A DNA stretch of 64,000 nucleotides from Mobula birostris. Its lineage: Eukaryota. The stretch spans positions 42,323,474 through 42,387,473 of the forward strand of contig NC_092381.1 of NCBI RefSeq assembly GCF_030028105.1, given 5' to 3'. This document shows positions 60,801 to 64,000 of the stretch, in pieces (the first letter of the stretch is position 1; every line of letters begins with the position of its first letter). Position numbers and translations under genes: made by a program. A model generated the notes under the pieces. It was not told the origin of the DNA, did no database searches, and saw nothing but the letters and a program-made list of their open reading frames with translations.

Positions 60801-63800
60801 GGTTTAATGCTTTATCTACAAAATCTATCTGAGATTTTAATCTGGAATTTAAAAAATCAACTATTTGTTACAGGATGGTGAAAGTGAAGAGGTGGACAAT
60901 TTGCAGTTAGCTTGGGAAATGCTTGAATTGGCAAAAATCATCTTCAAAAGGTAAATTTTCAGTATTTGGACTTTTAAATTTTATTTCTGAATAAGAATTG
61001 AGTACTTGTTGCACAAATCAGTTTACTTGTAATCTACATCACTCAATTTTGGTCAAATTTTCAGACAGGAAACCAAAGAAATACAACTCTGTGCGGCACA
61101 GGCTTACCTGAAGTTGGGTGAAGTGGGAATAGAATCTGGTAGGTTGAAAAACCTGTGGTCTGTGTTGGAAAAATTTTGGCATTGAGCAAGCTGAACATGA
61201 GGTTTATCATGTATTGCATTGGGTAGAATAATAACTACTGATTGAAATTTTTTTTCTGTTCTAGAGAACTATGTACAAGCTATTGAGGATTTTAATGAAT
61301 GCCTGACCATTCAGGAAAAACACCTTGATCCACACAACCGGCTGCTGGCGGAGACCCATTACCAACTGGGGCTAGCATACAGTTTTAATAATCAACATGA
61401 TTTCTCTCTGAAGCACTTCAAAGAGTCTTTCAGTGTTATAGAGAAAAGGTTAGGTAAGGAAAATAAACTTTCATTCAAACTTAAATTTTATGCCCTGTTG
61501 TCAAAAGAAGCTGGTTTTCATGGTTCCAGTAGGGATTGTGTTACTAGCCTAATGAGGTGTCCAGTTTTAGTTTACCAGATAAATTCCAAATGCAAAGTTC
61601 ATTAAGCTGTTTCTAGGGTTGGAATGATGGAATTGTTCTGTTGGGAGATTAACCAGCAAGGTTAATTTAAAAAAAGTGAAATTGGAGGTCATAAACAAGA
61701 GCTTATGTCAATATTGGAAATCCACACAAAATACTGGAGCAACTCAAAGTCGGGAGAAGAATATGCTGTTGATGTCATGGGCCAATACTCATCAGGAAAT
61801 GAGGTGATTTAAACAGAAAATAGAGCAGTTCACACTGGTTAACGATTGGAAAAGGGTCCTATTCTCAGGATATAGGGTGTGCCATCTAAGCTTAAAATTT
61901 CTGGTTGCATTGAGAAATCTTTGACACTTTTCCTAAAGGGTCGAATGCCCACTTGAAGCCAGAGATTTTTGGTAGGGAGGATGTACCAAAGGCATAGCAG
62001 TAGGCAAGAAAATTCTGTTCATGTCGTTTTTGCCCTTGGTTGGGGAACTTGTGGTTTGAGTGAGTAACTTGTGGCTACCAACCACTTGATTTTGGTGATG
62101 TTGGGGAAGAATTGTATTGGCCTTCAAGATTTGTGCTTTATTTGCAGCTATGTTAACAGAAAGAATTGAAAAAGCAGAAGAGAAAGGCAAATCGCCAGCA
62201 AAAGATAATGAGACAGTTTCTGAAGATAAGCAGGAAGTTGAAGAACTTAAAGAGCTGTTACCAGAAATAAAGGCAAAAATTGAAGATGCAGAAGAATCCA
62301 AAGATGGGAAAGCAACTAAGGCACTTCAGGAAACCTTGGTCAGTGTTTGTGTATGCAATTCATTAACTGGCAGGCTCTACACGACTAGTGTCTGAATAGA
62401 ATGATGTGAAGCTCTTTAGTGGCTTATCATTCAGTTATAGTGTGTGTGTATATATTTTTTTTTAATCCAATTTTCCATGCCTACGTTTGAAATCATTTGA
62501 TTTGTCTCACTTGAGTCTTGTGTTCACTGTTCATTATTGGATTTAACTGGTACGATTTATATTAGCAACTTGGCTTTGGATTCTCTTCAGTTGAGAACAT
62601 GTTCATTTCTTAATCAATTTAAAGGTTGCAACATTAAGCTAATTTTCTTTGCAGACAATTCTGTCCTGTGTACAGACCAAAACTCTATGTGGTTCTTGCG
62701 TTCTGTAAGAGAATCCATTACAAATGCCATGTTATCCTGTTTGGAGTTGTAATTAAATAGCAATACAATTTGCAATTTATCACTTTACCTAATAATCCTA
62801 CTGTTCTTTATTTCCTAAAGTGCAATTTTTTGTCATTTAATTTCACAAAGTTTATTTTCTGTATTAGCTTTACCCTAGTTTATACTATGAATTTCTTTTA
62901 TTAGTCAAGAACAACAGCATTTCCGGTGACAGAAGGCATCGCAAACAGTGCTCCAACATCAGCTGTGAGTATTTGTACTATATCTTCACTACAAATGTTC
63001 TGTAATTCTTTGGGTAGATTGTTAATATTACTTGTCTGAATTTTGTAGATTCAGGCTGGAAAAACGGGTGAAGCACCTACATCAAGTTCAAATTCTGTAT
63101 CCAACATCTCTCACCTAGTAAGGAAGAAGGTGCGTTTATTATTTGAACTGTTCTGTTTGGAATTGTTGTAACTTTTCTGTGCCATGGTTGTATGTTTTAG
63201 ACAAGTTTGTTGCACAAGAATTGGATTGTCGGCAAACTGGCTAAACAACCTTTAAATATACACTAGTTTTAGAAAAGGGGGTTTTAGCTTGCCAATGGAT
63301 ATGGAGAGACTAGAGGAGGAGGATGTAGTAAATTTCATTTTTTTTAAAACTATGCCATTTTTAGGCACTTAAAGACACCCATCTGTACTTCAGGTTGGCT
63401 GTGAAGATTCATTGCTCCTGAAATAAGTCAAGAGTTCGTCCCATCCAGCCCCCTATTGCCTCAGTTCAGTTAAAGGAGGTACTTTAATTTTTCCATGTCT
63501 AGTCTCATGGAAATCTGGTTAATAAAGTAAAATAGAGTTATTGCTCACACCTAAGTAATTGAATAGTTGTGACAACTTGCCTTTGTATGTGAAGCCCTGA
63601 ATTTGACATCTTCCCTCCTATCAAAAATACAGAAAACCAAATTGCCCAAATCAATAATTTGTTAAAAACTAACTGAAGGACAGTGTGACTAACTTGTGAA
63701 ATTGTAGAATAAAATTTTTTTCATGGCATCTATAAAGTTCCTGTATTGAAAATGCAAGGGAAAAAAAAATAGCAATTTGTAATTTGGACTGTTCTTTAAT

Positions 63801-63993
63801 CACGTGGTAGTATGGATGTGTATAGAATGTTTAAGTAAAAATATTTACAATTCTCAAGTCCTCATTACAGAGGAAGCCAGAAGACTCTGAGAGGGACACT
63901 AAGGATCCTAAAAAAGCGAAGCAGGAGGAGTCTTCAGTGAATGGTGGCTGTGGTGATGCCCATGACAAGAATGGAGTTCCTGCGAAAATGGAA
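39777..63993 (+). CDS. NASP: Nuclear autoantigenic sperm protein (H3-H4/H1 chaperone, SHNi-TPR), 3'-incomplete; exons 39777-39832, 50025-50132, 50878-50958, 51401-51531, 59531-60091, 60739-60797, 60874-60950, 61065-61138, 61265-61453, 62148-62338, 62905-62964, 63049-63129, 63871-63993
   Basis: Exons join in frame (1791 nt): [105 protein letters not shown] (NLS). Confidence 0.95.
40762..41999 (+). mobile_element. Tc1/mariner transposon, internally deleted and decayed
   Basis: TIR CAGTTGCAAGAAAGTTTGTGAAC at both ends with TA; transposase remnants [35 protein letters not shown]. Confidence 0.9.
43310..43860 (-). mobile_element. CR1 3' fragment
   Basis: [35 protein letters not shown]. Confidence 0.8.
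44897..45075 (+). mobile_element. Fold-back PLE-derived mini-element with a central hammerhead-like relic
   Basis: Arms acaaaatgctggaggaacttagcaggtcaggcagcat / atgctatctgacctgctgagttccaccagcattttgt around GTC-CTGGTGA-AGGGTCTCAGCT-GAAAC. Confidence 0.75.
45235..48643 (-). mobile_element. Non-autonomous Helitron (about 1.1 kb) carrying a nested PLE
   Basis: Minus strand begins A|CCTATATACTAATAAAA (TC-type start) and ends with hairpin GGGTGCCC-CAAC-GGGTCACCC then CGTTGTCTCC|T; no TSD; 23-aa STPR-like repeats. Confidence 0.75.
45819..48138 (-). mobile_element. Penelope-like retroelement (RT plus GIY-YIG), 5'-truncated and decayed
   Basis: [49 protein letters not shown]; TSD ATTATTCTTGA (45808-45818, 48139-48149). 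Confidence 0.92.
49685..49761. mobile_element. 77-bp hAT (Charlie-type) MITE
   Basis: TIR CAGGGGTTCCCAA / TTGGGAACCCCTG with 8-bp TSD CTCTAATG; related copy at about 13925-14005. Confidence 0.88.
50025..50132 (+). CDS. NASP: NASP exon (TPR1)
   Basis: [32 protein letters not shown]. Confidence 0.93.
50878..50958 (+). CDS. NASP: NASP exon
   Basis: [24 protein letters not shown]. Confidence 0.94.
51401..51531 (+). CDS. NASP: NASP exon (acidic)
   Basis: [25 protein letters not shown]. Confidence 0.93.
52525..54330 (-). mobile_element. Second CR1 family copy, antisense, nested
   Basis: [44 protein letters not shown]. Confidence 0.85.
53247..53845 (-). mobile_element. Rex1/Babar LINE 3' fragment nested in CR1 (a tail copy also at about 52400-52520)
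   Basis: [51 protein letters not shown]. Confidence 0.85.
55985..58898 (+). mobile_element. Tc1 transposon (same family as 40762-41999) inserted in CR1
   Basis: TA-CAGTTGCAAAAAGTTTGTGAACCC ... AAACTTTTTCTTGAACTG-TA; [40 protein letters not shown]. Confidence 0.9.
57212..58550 (-). mobile_element. Tigger/pogo non-autonomous element nested in the Tc1
   Basis: TIRs CAGGTTTCCCCCGC / GTGGGGGACACCTG with TA; minus-strand remnant [29 protein letters not shown]. Confidence 0.85.
59531..60091 (+). CDS. NASP: NASP large acidic exon (tNASP-type)
   Basis: [16 protein letters not shown]...; 561 nt, phase 1-1. Confidence 0.9.
60739..60797 (+). CDS. NASP: NASP exon
   Basis: [19 protein letters not shown]; restores frame between neighbouring exons. 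Confidence 0.85.
60874..60950 (+). CDS. NASP: NASP exon
   Basis: [21 protein letters not shown]. Confidence 0.94.
61065..61138 (+). CDS. NASP: NASP exon
   Basis: [24 protein letters not shown]. Confidence 0.94.
61265..61453 (+). CDS. NASP: NASP exon
   Basis: [16 protein letters not shown]...[14 protein letters not shown]. Confidence 0.95.
62148..62338 (+). CDS. NASP: NASP exon
   Basis: [22 protein letters not shown]. Confidence 0.93.
62905..62964 (+). CDS. NASP: NASP exon
   Basis: [20 protein letters not shown]; phase 0-0 with good splice sites. Confidence 0.8.
63049..63129 (+). CDS. NASP: NASP exon
   Basis: [14 protein letters not shown]. Confidence 0.92.
63871..63993 (+). CDS. NASP: NASP exon
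   Basis: [26 protein letters not shown]. Confidence 0.9.
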
Positions 63994-64000
63994 GTGAGTT

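Noticed and set aside
62400-62440. Possible intronic C/D snoRNA (ATGATG box C-like)
   Set aside because: No properly placed box D or terminal stem was seen

Overview
Vertebrate genomic DNA, most likely a cartilaginous fish (ray/shark, inferred from the repeat landscape). It carries the conserved PRDX1(-)/AKR1A1(+)/NASP(+) block. PRDX1 is partial (two coding exons plus a probable non-coding exon 1; the rest lies left of the window). AKR1A1 is complete (8 coding exons, 326 aa). NASP is near-complete (13 coding exons, 597 codons, continuing right). PRDX1 and AKR1A1 appear head-to-head about 0.5 kb apart across a GC-box minisatellite. Introns are filled with decayed, often nested transposons: CR1, Rex1/Babar, L1, Penelope-like (PLE), hAT, Tc1, Tigger/pogo, and a non-autonomous Helitron. 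The main observations are: a PLE family and its short fold-back derivatives with minimal hammerhead-ribozyme motifs; a CR1>Helitron>PLE nest with readable junctions; a 5.8S-ITS2 pre-rRNA fragment in an AKR1A1 intron; an ORF1-only L1; and unusual residues in PRDX1 (PxxxSxxC) and AKR1A1 (Val at human Lys127). All calls come from reading the sequence by eye; no searches were run.
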